A DNA stretch of 63,200 nucleotides, the filler included, from Reclinomonas americana ATCC 50394 (Eukaryota), in assembly GCA_048213135.1 (NCBI GenBank). It is 13 parts of 13 records of this genome, joined end to end, with 100 filler letters (N's around TTAATTAATTAA, not from the genome) between each part and the next. Parts side by side here need not be neighbours in the genome. Positions count along the whole stretch, not along the records: positions 22,834 to 29,857 come from AFZH01021401.1; positions 29,958 to 31,982 come from AFZH01021402.1; positions 32,083 to 35,714 come from AFZH01021403.1; positions 35,815 to 38,579 come from AFZH01021404.1; positions 38,680 to 42,815 come from AFZH01021405.1; 8 more parts are not named here. One strand, 5' to 3'. The position numbers were made by a program, and so were the translations under genes. Positions 25,711-38,764 of this stretch are shown here, in pieces; positions within the stretch are counted from its first letter, which is position 1, and every line of letters starts with the position of its first letter. The notes under the pieces are model-generated. The model did not search any database. It was not told the origin of the DNA and worked only from the letters and a program-made list of their open reading frames with translations.

Positions 25711-28700
25711 AGTCAAGTTCGCGTCAGAACAAGCCGTGCAGATGTGACGGCGTGCAGATTGTTACGCACCTTCCACCATTTGCACACATTGGGCACACTG
25801 AGTCGCACGCTGCCCCAAATCGACCTGGGATACACTCCGCACAACTGGGGCCGGTGAAGTTTCCGTTGCAGATGCATCCGAGAGTGGCGTCACAAGTGGA
25901 GTTGCTCGGACTGATCGTAGAAGGTGAGAAGTGCGACGACATGCATGACATAATGAACAGCACCGCGAGTGCCATACCATGCGGCACAAATGGCAGGCGG
26001 GATTTCACAGTTTGTGCCAGAGTACCCTGCATCACAACCTGCGCAGAGTAATGTGTGGGAGGCGTGAATGTGGGACCGTGTTGGCGATCGGTTGTCGGAC
26101 TCACTGCAATTCCCTTGGTCATCATAGTGGCCGTGGCTGCTGCATGTTTTGGTCAAACAAGTCCACTCCAGTCGCAGGTACTTGAATGTTGCGGGACACT
26201 ACGGGATCTCCCGCCGGTTAATTCGTCGCAAAGACGATGCGACATCAGATGAGGAAACAAGACTTACCGGATCGCCTTGATTGATCTTGTTGACGTTGCC
26301 GTCGAGCGCAGGGAATTCGTAACACCACGGCGTCGGCGTGGTGGACGAAGGCGTTGCGAACTGGCACAGCAGGCGCAAGTGCCACGTTACGTCTGAGACA
26401 CATGTGGTGGTGGTGGTGTCCAGGCCAGTGGAGCCAGCATCAGCGCAGACAGTGGCTGTTGACGAGATGGGTGAGCATTCTTGTCGACAGGAAGCGACGA
26501 CAATATGCAACGCAACCGGAATCGCGACCCCAAAAGGCCGACTGTACAAACACGTAGGAGCCGGTGGGACATGTTGCGCGCACTGCATCGCCACCCTGGC
26601 AACTGGTGGACACCAAGAAGTCTTGCGGGTGGCAGTCCTCGCCAGTGTAGCCCGGCAAACAGGTGGCACAATCAGTGGCCGGATCGCGGTTTCCATTGCA
26701 GGTGCACATGCCGGTCCCCGTTGCCCCGGCGTTGCATAGGCCACCGTTGGTACACGGCCGACACTGATTTTCGCACCGGGCCCCCCAGTAATTGCCCTGG
26801 CAAACACAGCTTCCGTCACCTCCAAGTCCATCGTTGCATCTGCAACAGCGAGGTCAGCCACTGTTGTGCACTTTTGCCATGCAGCAAGCACACACACCGT
26901 GCGCCATTTTGGCACTGGCATACACCGCTGCAGGCTGCTCCGAATCGCCCAGCGAGGCATGTCGTGCAGTTTGTGGCAGCATCAAATCCGCTGGTGCATC
27001 GGCACACGCCAGTGCCAGTGGAGCCGTCGGAACAGGTGCCTCCGTTGACACATGCAGGACACACTCCGCTGCAGGTGGTGCCGTAGAAACCAGGCAGGCA
27101 CGTGCATGCCCCGCTGCCAGTGAGACCATCGGAGCAGCTGCAGATGTGTGTGTGTCAGACACCACATGCGCATGCTGTGAAGTCAACGCGACACTGTACC
27201 TCGCATTATTGGCGCACGCACATTGGCCAGCGCAGGCGGTGCCAAAGCGACCAGGAAGGCACTGAGAGCAATTGGATGCAGCAGAGAAGCCAGCGCTGCA
27301 GGCGCACTTGCCAGTGGCGTCGCATGTGCCTCCGCCATTGGTCGAATTGCAGTCTGTGTTCTTGCATTCACACTGCGTACATCGTGAGCGCCGATTACAG
27401 CCTTGACCTCTCTTTGCTGTCGTGCACTCACCAATGGTCCAGCGGTGCCTGCTGGACAGATGCAAGTGTTTCCAGTCGCACTGCATGTGCCGCCATTGCG
27501 GCATGTGCACGGGGCGGCGTTGCTAACAGTGATGCTCGGCGATCGCGCCACCACAATGTAGCCTCCCGTGGGGTAGTTCTGGAAGCCGCGAACCTCCCAC
27601 GTCGTTCCAAGTACGGCCGAAGTAGGCATGGTCAGCGTCATGGTGCCTGCAGCGCGTCCACTCAAATACGCCCACTGCGACGAAATAACAAATTGTCCAC
27701 AACACAGCAGTGACAGGTGTGGCAGCGAGAGAATGTGTGCGTACCACGCTGACGGAAGAGCTGAGGGCGGTCGATTGCACCAGGTTGATCCAGTCTGTGG
27801 TTGTGGTGGCCGGGAATCCACTCCATGTCACCGACACGGAGCCGCCCGGTGCAACAGTGGTAGAGCCAACACCCAGCGTGGGCACGCTTGGAGCTGCTCG
27901 AACTTTTCAGTTGCAAGTCGTTATCGTAAAGATCGACAAACATTCGACGACTCACTGGTGGCACTGGAAACAATCACTGGCCCAGCAAGCGCGCCACTGT
28001 GTTGGCGCACAAGTCCGGCAGCATTCTGAAACTCCACACGGAAGTAGTAGGTGCCGGCGGCCAGTCCGGTCAGTTGCACAGTACTGGTGATCCCAGGCGC
28101 CGCAGCATACGAGCCAACATCGTCCTTGGTGAGAACCGCGCTGCCTGTGAGGCTGGTGTACACCACAATCCTGCGCCACACCATCGTCAATGTCTGAGAA
28201 GCATTCTACTGTGCGCAGATGAGATATATCATCATGTTCACCTGCGGCGAGACAGCACGCTGCCTCCGCTGTGCGGCGGATGATTCACTGTAATTGCCAC
28301 GGTCCCAGCAGTGCTGCTGCTAACAACGACGCTCGGTGCACTGAACGCAAACGGTGCAACTGCAATGGTCCGTGAGCAACTGGCAGCACCATCACGGATG
28401 TTGGTGGTGGTGCACGTACCGACAATGTTGGAGCCACTGATGACAAGTGAAAAGTCCTGCGCACCCAATGGTGTGGAAATGGCGCGCACTCGCACCGAGT
28501 ACAAGCCGGCGGAAACTGCCGACAGCACCACACGCTCCTGAGTGTGCGCACCATCCCACGTATCCTAATCATTGTTACTTTCGTGAGCACGGGAAAGAGA
28601 GAGATATCGTCATGAAACTTGTGTGGTGCACTCCACACACACCGTAAAGCCGAGGAGCTCATTTCCACGCTGCAGCGAGGTTCCAGCGGCTCCAGTGCCG

Positions 28701-31206
28701 GCAAACACAGCGAGGTCAAGATCAGAGACCAGCGCTCGACTGTTGGCCGTCGCCGGTGATGATGGCGGAAAGTCGGTCCACACCAGAGACAAGGAGATGC
28801 GCGGCGAGGCGGCAGATATGAAGAAATCGGCGACGAAATCCTGCCCCGCTGCTGTCAGAGGCACGTCATCGGCCGCCAGCACAAATGTCTGTGCAGGCGC
28901 CAGCACATTATCCAACTCGACGAGACCCCAGCCAATGATGGTGGCCCGCTGCGTGTCCGACAGCGACGACAGCGGTTGTGCGCCCTCTCCATTCACTGTT
29001 GCAACGGTGGTGAGCGAGGTGCGTCCGCAACACTGAAGGTTGATGAAAATGTCGGCACTCACCTCGACCACCGTAGTTGCCATTGATGGGTCTTGCAGCA
29101 TTCAGTAGGGTCGCGCGCAGAAGAGAGCCAGGGGGCGAGGCAAACGGCACCGGAGGCACAGTGGGTGATCCGATCTTTGGTGGTCCCGGGTACATTGTGC
29201 GGAAGTATTGGCGAAGTTGGGCGGCGACTCCGGCCACCGCTGGTGCCGCGACACTGGAGCCTGCCATGACGGCGCTGTGCGTGAAAGCCGCCGCGGACGT
29301 CAGGCTGCTGCACAGAGGGGACGTTGCTGTGCGCGGACTCCATGCACGAGCGGATCGGATCCACCATCCACTGCGTTGCGGAGGTAAGAAAACAGAAAAT
29401 CGCACGAGAATAAACACGCACACTGGCAATCGACGCAACGGAGCCATCATCGAGACACCACTTCGTCCGTCAGCCGTCGGTCCGCGAGCCGACAACGGAG
29501 CGACAGTGCTCGCATCGACTCCGTTGCGAGTGGCTCCCACAGAGCACACGTTTTTCGCAGTGGCCTCGGGCGACAACGAGCTGGCGTCTGTGCCGCTGCC
29601 GGCGGCCGTGACGATCAGCACATCTTTGCGCTGATTGGCAAACGTGTCCAGCGCCAGTGCGACAGCGTCGTACGAGCCACCGCTGCCAGTGGAACCCCAG
29701 GCATTCACAAAAATGCGCGCTCCGTTGTTGTACGCAGCTCCCAGGTACTGCACGTCGATTGCGTCGGGTAGCACAATGGAGAGTGCATCTGAGGGGCATC
29801 GGCCGAGTGGCATCGAGTTGCACAAGCACGAGACACCTGTTGGGCACTGACAGCCAGNNNNNNNNNNNNNNNNNNNNNNNNNNNNNNNNNNNNNNNNNNN
29901 NTTAATTAATTAANNNNNNNNNNNNNNNNNNNNNNNNNNNNNNNNNNNNNNNNNNNNGCGAGACACCAACCATTCAGTGGCAGCAGCGTGGTGGCCGTTG
30001 CGTCTCCAGAAACTGTGCCGGCCACGTGCGTTCCGTGACCCGTCGGCGAGTCTACGCGATCCATGAAATCGACGTAGCCGAGAACCTTGCGATGAGCGGA
30101 GGTGAATGTGAACCCGCTGGCGGCAGTGCGTGCGTATTGCACGCTGGCACTCGTGTCCACAAAGAAGCAAGCGCTGGTGTCGAGACCGGCGTCGGCGACG
30201 GCCACCACTTCGTTGCTTCCATCCAGAACGCCAGTGTAGGGCTCGGAATTTACCAGACCCGACTGCACGACCCAGCGCGCGTCATTGACAGCGGCATGCG
30301 TGCGTACTGGCATGACCTTTTCGATCCATCGCACGTGCGGCAGCGTGGCCAGCACCTGCGCACCCGAAAAGGCCGCGTGCTCACTCTCAAACGTGAACAG
30401 CACCACCGGGTGTGCCGTGTCGCTCACAACGCGCACATGCACGAGCGACGCCGCCGCCTCGTCTCCGAGTTCTTCCGCCAGCGTCTCTCGCACAATGCTC
30501 AGTAGTGAGCGCTGACCTTCGTCGGCCTCGATCACCATGATGACGCGTAGTACAGTGGCTTCCACCGTCGCTTCGGTGTGCACACGCAGAGCAGGCGACA
30601 ACTTGTGCTCAACCAGCAGCGGGGTCGACCACGCCACCAGCGGCGACAGCCGTCGACGAACGGCAGTGGGTGTGGCAAACACCATGTACCCGTTGTCGGG
30701 CACATATAGCACATGGCGCAACTGGGGTCGGCAGACGAAAGATTAGGAAGGAAGAGAGCGAGAGAGCGAGAGAGGGAGAAAGCGGACACCGAACGCAACT
30801 GGACTGTCGACTCTTTCCGCCACCAGTGCGTGCACTTCGGGCGATGCGTCGACGCCGTCAGCAAGCGCCACCAGTTGCCACTCCCGCGCCTCGTCGCCGT
30901 CCTCCGCTGCGACGTGCGTGCTGCTTACACAAACACACAATCAGCGCTGCGCCCCGAATGCATGCGGCCACCATCATCACTCAACTGCAAGTCAGCATGG
31001 GGTGGCTGGTGTACGGCGTGGCCATTGATGTGCAGCGTGGACTGAGGTGCGACACAAGAGCGAGTGAGTGACGCGATTGGTTGGGAGGGAGGAAAAAGAC
31101 AACAACGCACCGCAGCAGCAGCAGCAGCAATGCCGGCGCCACTCACGACAACCAACCCAACAACGACGAGGAGGAGCGACAGCGGCAAAAGTGCAACACG
31201 CCACAT
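22834..31206 (-). CDS. Giant secreted subtilisin-like (S8, Kp43/TagC-type) protein with Ig/Fn3-like domains, a SUEL lectin domain and many EGF-like repeats (3' end in gap)
   Basis: Signal peptide MWRVALLPLSLLLVVVG; catalytic motifs VAVADAGLD, GHGTHVAGT and MAGSSVAAP; SARGPTADGR; LVWTD..SDLDL and GAQDFSLV C-terminal barrel; SAFWGR...GDP|CPATFKYL lectin motif; Cys-rich repeats. Confidence 0.85.
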
Positions 31207-31335
31207 CGCTTCTCGCGCGCGTCACGCTTAAAAACGAACTTGCTCTCTCTGGATCTAATGTTGTGCGAGTCGTTTCGTGTCCTCTCGTCAATTGATTCAT
31301 TTGGAAAAACGGTCAGTCCTCGTCACAAGTGTTCC

Positions 31336-32480
31336 ATGTTGCGTGGGTTCGCCGCATTGCAGCCTCTGGCGGGCGTGCGAGTGCTCGACCTCAGTCGTGT
31401 GCTGGCGGGTGAGTGCAGCCGCCATCTGGCGCAAATAATCCTGCCTCTGACGATTCGCGACTTGGGAGCACAGGGCCATTCATGACACAGCTGTTTGGCG
31501 ATCTCGGCGCCGATGTGATCAAGGTGGAGGCCATTGGCAAGGGCGATGACACGCGGCACTGGGGTCCACCGTTTGTCGAGGTGTGTGTGTATATATGCTG
31601 AGGAGTTGTCTCTTCGAACACTCTGCTCACCAGCTGCATGTGTGCAAAGGGCGACGAGGCACAGCGCACGGCAGCGTACTTTTGGTGCGCCAATCGCAAC
31701 AAGCGATCGGTGGCGATTGATGTGTCGACGAGTGAGGGGCAGTCGATTGTGCGCGACTTGTCGGCGCGCAGTGATGTGGTGGTGGAGAATTTCAAGCGTG
31801 GCAAGCTGAGCGAGTATGGCCTCGACTTTGAGTCGCTAGCCGCGCATAACGCACCGCGAGGCATTGTGTACGCCAGCATCACGGGGTTCGGGCAGACGGG
31901 TCCGCGGAAGGATCTCGCTGGCTACGATTTCGTCGCGCAAGCCATGTCGGGCCTGATGAGTGTCACGGGCACTGATGAGCCGNNNNNNNNNNNNNNNNNN
32001 NNNNNNNNNNNNNNNNNNNNNNNNNNTTAATTAATTAANNNNNNNNNNNNNNNNNNNNNNNNNNNNNNNNNNNNNNNNNNNNTGCGGTGAACGGGGGAGT
32101 GGCAAAGGCATTCTTACACACTCGTCCTCATCCATGCAGAGTGGGTGGACGCACTGCTGGCGCGCGGTGTGCCATGCGGACCGGTGAATGACATGCAGCA
32201 GGCGCTGCGTGACCCGCAAGTGGCCGCGCGTGAAATGCTCTGCTCGGCGCAAGTGGACAGCGCAGGTCGCCAGGTGGAGATGGTCGGCAATCCGCTGCAT
32301 TTCTTCACGACGGCAGCAGCCGACCACCAAGACGCCGCTGCGCATGCCCAGCCCAGACATCCCAGCCGCCGGCCGCCCAACCTCGGCGAGCACACACGCG
32401 AGGTGTTGCGAGAACAACTCGGCATGACGGCGGAGCAAATCGACGCGCTGTACCAGCAGCAGGTGGTGGCCGGAAAATGA
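31336..32480 (+). CDS. Class III CoA-transferase (CaiB/BaiF family, SUGCT-like), spans gap
   Basis: [94 protein letters not shown]. Confidence 0.93.
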
Positions 32481-32507
32481 AACACAGGCAAGACACGCGA
32501 CTATTAT

Positions 32508-33389
32508 TCATGACATGGCCGTTCTGCCTCTCCCGCCCGACGTTATTGCCCTCGTGGCCCACACAGGGTGGGATACACGCTCATCGCCGTCGAAATACAC
32601 GAAGCTTCTGCTGCCATTGGCCTCTGTCGTCGCTTCCCACTGCAAATCCAGCGATCGCGTCAGCGCCTCCATGACCACGTCCGCCCCAAACGTGCCGACA
32701 ATAGCCGCCACGCCGCGAATCAGTCTCTCAACACGCTCATCCACCGCGGCACTCTCCACTGCCGCGGGTGGTTCCAGCTGTCGCTGCTGCGCTGGCGCCA
32801 CGTCCCAGAATGGATCGTGCGAGGCCAGTGTCCACGACACGTCGAGCGGAGTCGGCGGCAAGCCACCGCTCACCATTTGCGCCACCACTGTCACCAGCAC
32901 ACGAGCACGAACGCGCTGCGCCGCCGCCTGCACCGAGCGAATCACATGCCGCACGCGATTCACACGTCCAGCCACCGGCGACAGCAGTAGCACTGCCAGT
33001 CGCTGCGATGGGCGGGAGGCGAGTGCAGGTCGCGATTCGTGCGCGTGCACTCGTGCGGTCTCCACCACCTCGGCCTCCTGCTGCTCCAGTTCGTCAGCGG
33101 GTGGCGCGTCTGCCTCGGGGAGGGCGGGTGGTGTTGTTGCCGACTGTAGTTGTTGTTGTTGCAGGCGTACAGAGCGTGACTGTGTGGTGCATGCGTGTCA
33201 GTCAAAGTGTGTGTGGAGTGAGAAGAGTGGCGTTGGTGACTGACCCATTTGAGATGAGGGGCGCTTGGTGACAAGGCCAGCGCAACGGCCGAGCAGATGA
33301 GCACGGCCAGTGCTAAAGTGTGCGAGTGAGGAGAGGGGGCAGGGGCAAGAGGGAAAGACAGAGGCAGCGATTTGCTCACCTATATCCAT
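32508..33389 (-). CDS. Hypothetical protein with N-terminal hydrophobic (signal-like) segment, 3 exons
   Basis: In-frame splice path MDI|ALAVLICSAVALALSPSAPHLKW|SRSVRLQQQ... into ORF 32508-33068. Confidence 0.4.
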
Positions 33390-34163
33390 TGATTGGCGAC
33401 GTTCGGCGCAGGACATTGAGTTTCTTCCACTGACGGAGCGATTCACCCGTCGTCTGAGCAATCCATGCTGCTCTATCGAGCGACGACGGCAGCGCCCTGG
33501 CTTTACCGCTCTCTTTCGCAATACATAATTGTCGACGTCGACGTGCCCTGGTTTTTAAATTTAGCGTGCCGCATGCGACTCTCCTGCAGCCTGTCTCGCT
33601 GCCACGCGCGCACACGAGTGCTCATCGCCATTGCGCTTGTCGGGTACAGTGACGTCGGCAGGAATCTTGGGCAATCCGCGGCTGACCCCTGACCCCGCGG
33701 CGAACTCGCGCGCAAGATTCACAATGCAGCATGCGCAGTGAGTGATTGTGTATTGCTCGGAATACCGAACTCCGCCGCCGCCACCACCGCACCCACGGCA
33801 CACACGCACACCCGGCCACCCTGCTGCGTCTATATATACTCGCTCGCTCGCTTGTGGCCGTGGAGTTTTAGCGCGCGAAACTCCGTCCACGGAGCGAAAA
33901 CCGTCGCAGACGCGGCCAATTATGCGTGCCCTGTTCGGCAATCAGTGATGAACTGGGCTCAAAAGAAATCACACGCACGCTCGTCATACACTCGTGCGCT
34001 GGCCTCCTCCGCGCACACCTCCGCCTCACACTACGCACCACTGCGCGCGCGCGCATCGCTCACCGATCCGAAGAACAATCGAAGAAAGCATCTTTCATCC
34101 AATTCGGGCTTGTCGTTTTCACACACCCCCACCAGACACACACACGCGCACACCAGGGGAAAA

Positions 34164-34856
34164 ATGGATACGTGGCTCTCTGCCGAGCTGAGCGAGACGA
34201 CTGGCGATGAGACAGGCGACGACAGCATGGAGTTCTTCGCGAGGACACCCCTTGACGACCACTTCAAGTCGCCCACACAACAACAGCAACAGCAACAACA
34301 GCAGCAGCAGTCATCATCATCGCTCTCTGTGGTCAGCGACCACCACAATGACGACGTCGACGATGAGTTTAATGGAGTCGGCGACGGTCTGATGACCGCA
34401 CCACCTGCGCCATACTCAAGTGGCGGCCTCTACCATGTTGATGGTGATGACGACGATGATCAGCAGGCAGATGGTGATGGTGGTGGTGGCGGCGATGTGT
34501 TTGCGGTGCCACAGCCCATGTCACTGGTGTCGTCGCTGTCAGCAGCCTCGCGCAACCGCTCGAGGCAGCGTGCGGCGGCAGCAGCAGCAGCAGCGGCTGC
34601 GAGAAGTTCACTGCCGCCGCCGCCGATACTCCCGCCACCGCCGCCGCTGTCACAGCCCTCGCCGGCAGTGTTGCCGCCGCCACCGCCACCACCAGCAGCG
34701 CAGACACAGACGCAGCTGCCGCCACCGTTGATGCCGTACACACCGCCGGGTCCACCGCCGCCGCTGTACTCGCCAATGAACGCGGCGTGGTATCACGCGC
34801 AGCAGCAGCCGCTGGCGGGTGGACCAGTGCCGGTGGTTATGGCGTACATGGCTGTG

Positions 34857-34888
<32 letters not shown>

Positions 34889-36592
34889 GCAACAGATGAT
34901 GATGATGATGCAACAGCAACAGCAGCAGCAGGCGCAGGCGCAGCAGCAGATGATGATGTCGCGGATGCATACGCCGCAGAGTTTGCCGTACTCGACGCCG
35001 TCGCCGGTGCCGTCGCCGGCCAACTCGTTGCGGCGGCGCGATGTGACGATGGATTCGCCGTACATGGCGGACTCGGAGGTCGGCGGGCGAACGCCGTCGA
35101 TGAATAGCTGTAGTTCGTCGCCGGATCTCGGATGGTCGCCGCTCAGCCGTGGGTCGCCGATGGAGGGTGGCGTGTCGTCGTCGAGTGCTATTCTGGCCAG
35201 CGCGCTCAATGCGGCGTCGCTGGCTCGGCGACGGGCTCCCGAAATTGACGAGTTGTGGGCCACGCTGTGCGCCACCTTTCCGCAGTACGCGCTCCTGCCG
35301 TCGTCGCTCCACGTTCCTGTCCTGCAGCAGCTGCTCGGTCCGACGCTCGAGGCCACTCTCGACTCGCTGCGCTTGATGGTTGGTGCCTGTGTTTCTCGCC
35401 GCATCGCCGCTGCCGCTGTCCCTCACCCACATGCTCGCACAGCGATCGTCGCCGTCGTTTACCTCACCAGGTCATCGTCAGATCCGCATGGATGTTGCGT
35501 CTTGTGTGTGGGTGTGCGCACGCTGTGGGGGTGGCCGTGATCTGACTGAATGGTGCGCGCTTCGCAGTACATGTGGCACGCGCTGGAGAATGCACCCATC
35601 AGCGGCAGTGTGCTCGACAAGCACGGCAATGTGCTGCTGGTGCGCCACAGCACTCGCCGCTCCGTCTGTGTGTATCGCTGCTGCTCACCACGCATCGTCG
35701 CAGATGAACGAGAANNNNNNNNNNNNNNNNNNNNNNNNNNNNNNNNNNNNNNNNNNNNTTAATTAATTAANNNNNNNNNNNNNNNNNNNNNNNNNNNNNN
35801 NNNNNNNNNNNNNNGTCCCCCTTTGCCCGTGTTATTGATAGACAGAAGTCTCACGAATTTGTGGTGGTCGTGGTGGTGCAGACCGACCAGCAGGCAGACT
35901 TTTGCGACCGGGAGCGCGAGGCGTTCCGCCTCCTTGCCGACGCGTCGTTCGAGGCGCCGATGTCCGACAAGGTCGAATGCCTGCTCACACACACGCTGTT
36001 CAATCGCGTGGCGCTGCCAGTGCTCAAGGTCACCGCCAAGTTCCCCTTCTTGGTGTGGGACATGAATCTGGAGGTTTCGTGTGCTTTACACACACACAAC
36101 TCGACGTACGTGTGCGTCCACAAGAAAGCTGACAATTGGCACAGTGTCTGGCCTTCCTCATGGACTTCCCTGCCGACTGTGGCATGACCAGTGAGGAACG
36201 CACACTGGTACTGCGTAGTCTGTACGACCATAAGCGCACCACGCCGTTCCTGGACCTGCTGCGCATCTACGACGCCAATGCTCGGTGAGTGGAAGGATGT
36301 GGCGGACTTTTCTTTCGCTCTTCGTTGCTGACATGCCGCGTGCAGACGAGCGATTCAGGCGGCACTGATGCACACGTCGCACCCCGACGCTGTGGCAGCG
36401 CACGAAAACTACACCCGACTGACGAATGTCACGGTGGTGGTATGCAACGGCGAGTGTGAAGAGATTCCGCGGCTGGTCGACCTGTCCATGGTCCTCATCG
36501 CCGACGAGTCACTGGAGCGAAAGGGATCCGAAGTGCAACTCGTGCGGCGGTCCCTCTATCTCGAAGTAACAATCTACCCTATTGATAGTTGA
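34164..36592 (+). CDS. Gln/Pro-rich protein with C-terminal PAS-like region, spans gap
   Basis: Long first exon MDTWLSAEL... with polyQ/polyP; YMWHALENAPISGSVLDKHGNVLL resembles a PAS-domain start; downstream exons end ...LEVTIYPIDS-stop. Confidence 0.5.
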
Positions 36593-36678
36593 CCTGCAAT
36601 GACGGTCAATTAGTGAAGCGTGTGCGATGCCCTTGCTACATGATGGAGAAGGAGCTGAAGCGTAGAGAGACCTTGCGT

Positions 36679-37340
36679 CTAATGTGGTGGTGAAGCGTCA
36701 GGAATGGCGAAGGAGCTGGCCGCTGCGTGGCCACCACCGCCACACCTTTTAAGCGCAGAGAGACGGTCAATAATTCTAATGCTTCCCACTGCATTTATTG
36801 CGGGGCACGCCATTGTTGGAAATCGCTGGCAGGAATGGCAAAGGAGCTGGCCGCTGCGTGGCCACCACCACCACCGCCACGACTTTAACAGGGAGACCGT
36901 GCATCTCATAAGACTCAGTTGATAGTGAACCTGCTGCATGGAGTCAATTCGTGAAGCGTGTGCGATGACCTTGCAGCTCTCATACTTCCCACTGCATTAT
37001 TGCGGGGCACGCCATTGTTGGAAATCGCTGGCAGGGATGGCAAAGGAGCTGGCCGCCGTGTGGCCACCACCGCCCCACCTTTGAAGCGCAGAGAGACGGT
37101 CAATAGTTATAATACTTCCGACTGCATTCATTGCGGGGCACGCCATTGTTGGAAATCGCTGGCAGGAATGGCAAAGGAGCTGGCCGCCGCGTGGCCACCA
37201 GCGCGCCACCTTTGCAGCACAGAGAGACGGTCAATAGTTATAATACTTCCCACTGCATTCATTGCGGGGCACGCCATTGTTGGAAATCGCTGGCAGGAAT
37301 GGCAAAGGAGCTGGCCGCCGCGTGGCCACCACCACCGTAC
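36679..37340 (-). repeat. ~131-bp tandem repeat (5 copies) of the last codons and 3' flank of the DHH gene
   Basis: Units start at 37340, 37209, 37078, 36882 and 36745; each encodes ..GGH(A/T)AASSFAIP...stop. Confidence 0.92.
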
Positions 37341-38377
37341 GCTTCCGACACCTTCGAAGTGTCTTCGTTGTCGGTGCTGCGCAAAGAGACCTTGATGCGA
37401 TCGGGGGCCGAGTCGCCGGCGGCCGAGGCCACGGCGCCAATGCCACGCATGCCGTCGGCTTTGACGCAGCGAAAAAAACACATTTAGCAGACAGCCACCG
37501 ATACAATTGCAAGAAGAGGAGGCACATACCCTGGCTCTTCTCCGCCAGCCAGTGGCCCAGATCGTTGATCGGCACGCCGCGTGTGTCAGGCGGCAGCATC
37601 ACAGCGTAGCAGCTGCCGAAGCGGCCCTCATTGCCTGGAGTGCGTGGGGGTGGAGTGAGCAGAGGAGAAGAGTGCGAGTGCATTCATGGATTTCACGCAA
37701 CTGCCGTCGACGGGACCGCCGAGGCGCAACACGAAGCGCTGCGCAGCAAAACGGGCCACCGTCGCTGCATCCTCCTGCAACTTCTCCGTGCCGCGCTTCA
37801 CCATATTGTCGACATCCAAATTCATCAACTTGGCAAACGTCTGCTCGGGCTCGAAGCGCACGGCTCCCGCCAGCCTGGACTGGTGGAAACCGGCGCAGAA
37901 TGCCTGCCAGCCAAGACCACAATAGAGAGTGAGCAGAGACAAGTGGGGGAACGAGAGAAAGAAGAAATATGCACTGACCTTGGAGTCGGCAAACTCCCAC
38001 TTCCAAATGTCGCCATCCTCAATGTACTGGAACGCGCGATACACGACAGCAGCGCGCTCCGGAGACGTGGCGAACAGGCGGGCGGCACGAGTGATGGCTG
38101 CGTGCACAGGTTACTCAATGAAGCAGGAAATAGAGAAGTGGTGGTTGTGGTGGGCATGCGCACGTGACTCATCGCTGGGCGCTCCCACACGCGCCGCAAG
38201 CTTCGCAGCAAAGTAGTTGAAGGAGAGCATGGCGCCGCTGCGGTCCATGTGCAGGTGGATGTCGGTGTTATTTGGAAGGGTTCCCCACTGTGGGATAACA
38301 AGGGGAAGGGAAATGAAGGAGAAGGGATGAGTGGTATCAGCGAGTCGATTTTGCATTCAGAGAAGTGGAGAGATAAG

Positions 38378-38409
<32 letters not shown>

Positions 38410-38535
38410 TGCAGTTGAGTGGTTGAAGCAGGTTGAGTCTCAGTTCGCAGTGCAAGAACTGGAGAGATCGACAAAGAGTGTAAAGGGGGGCGGCAGCAAG
38501 TTGTTTCTCAGTCTGCAGTGAGAGAACTGGGTGGA

Positions 38536-38576
<41 letters not shown>

Positions 38577-38679
38577 GGANNNNNNNNNNNNNNNNNNNNN
38601 NNNNNNNNNNNNNNNNNNNNNNNTTAATTAATTAANNNNNNNNNNNNNNNNNNNNNNNNNNNNNNNNNNNNNNNNNNNN

Positions 38680-38764
<85 letters not shown>

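Noticed and set aside
36679..37340. CRISPR-like array
   Set aside because: Whole units are repeated with no unique spacers, the context is eukaryotic and no cas genes are present.
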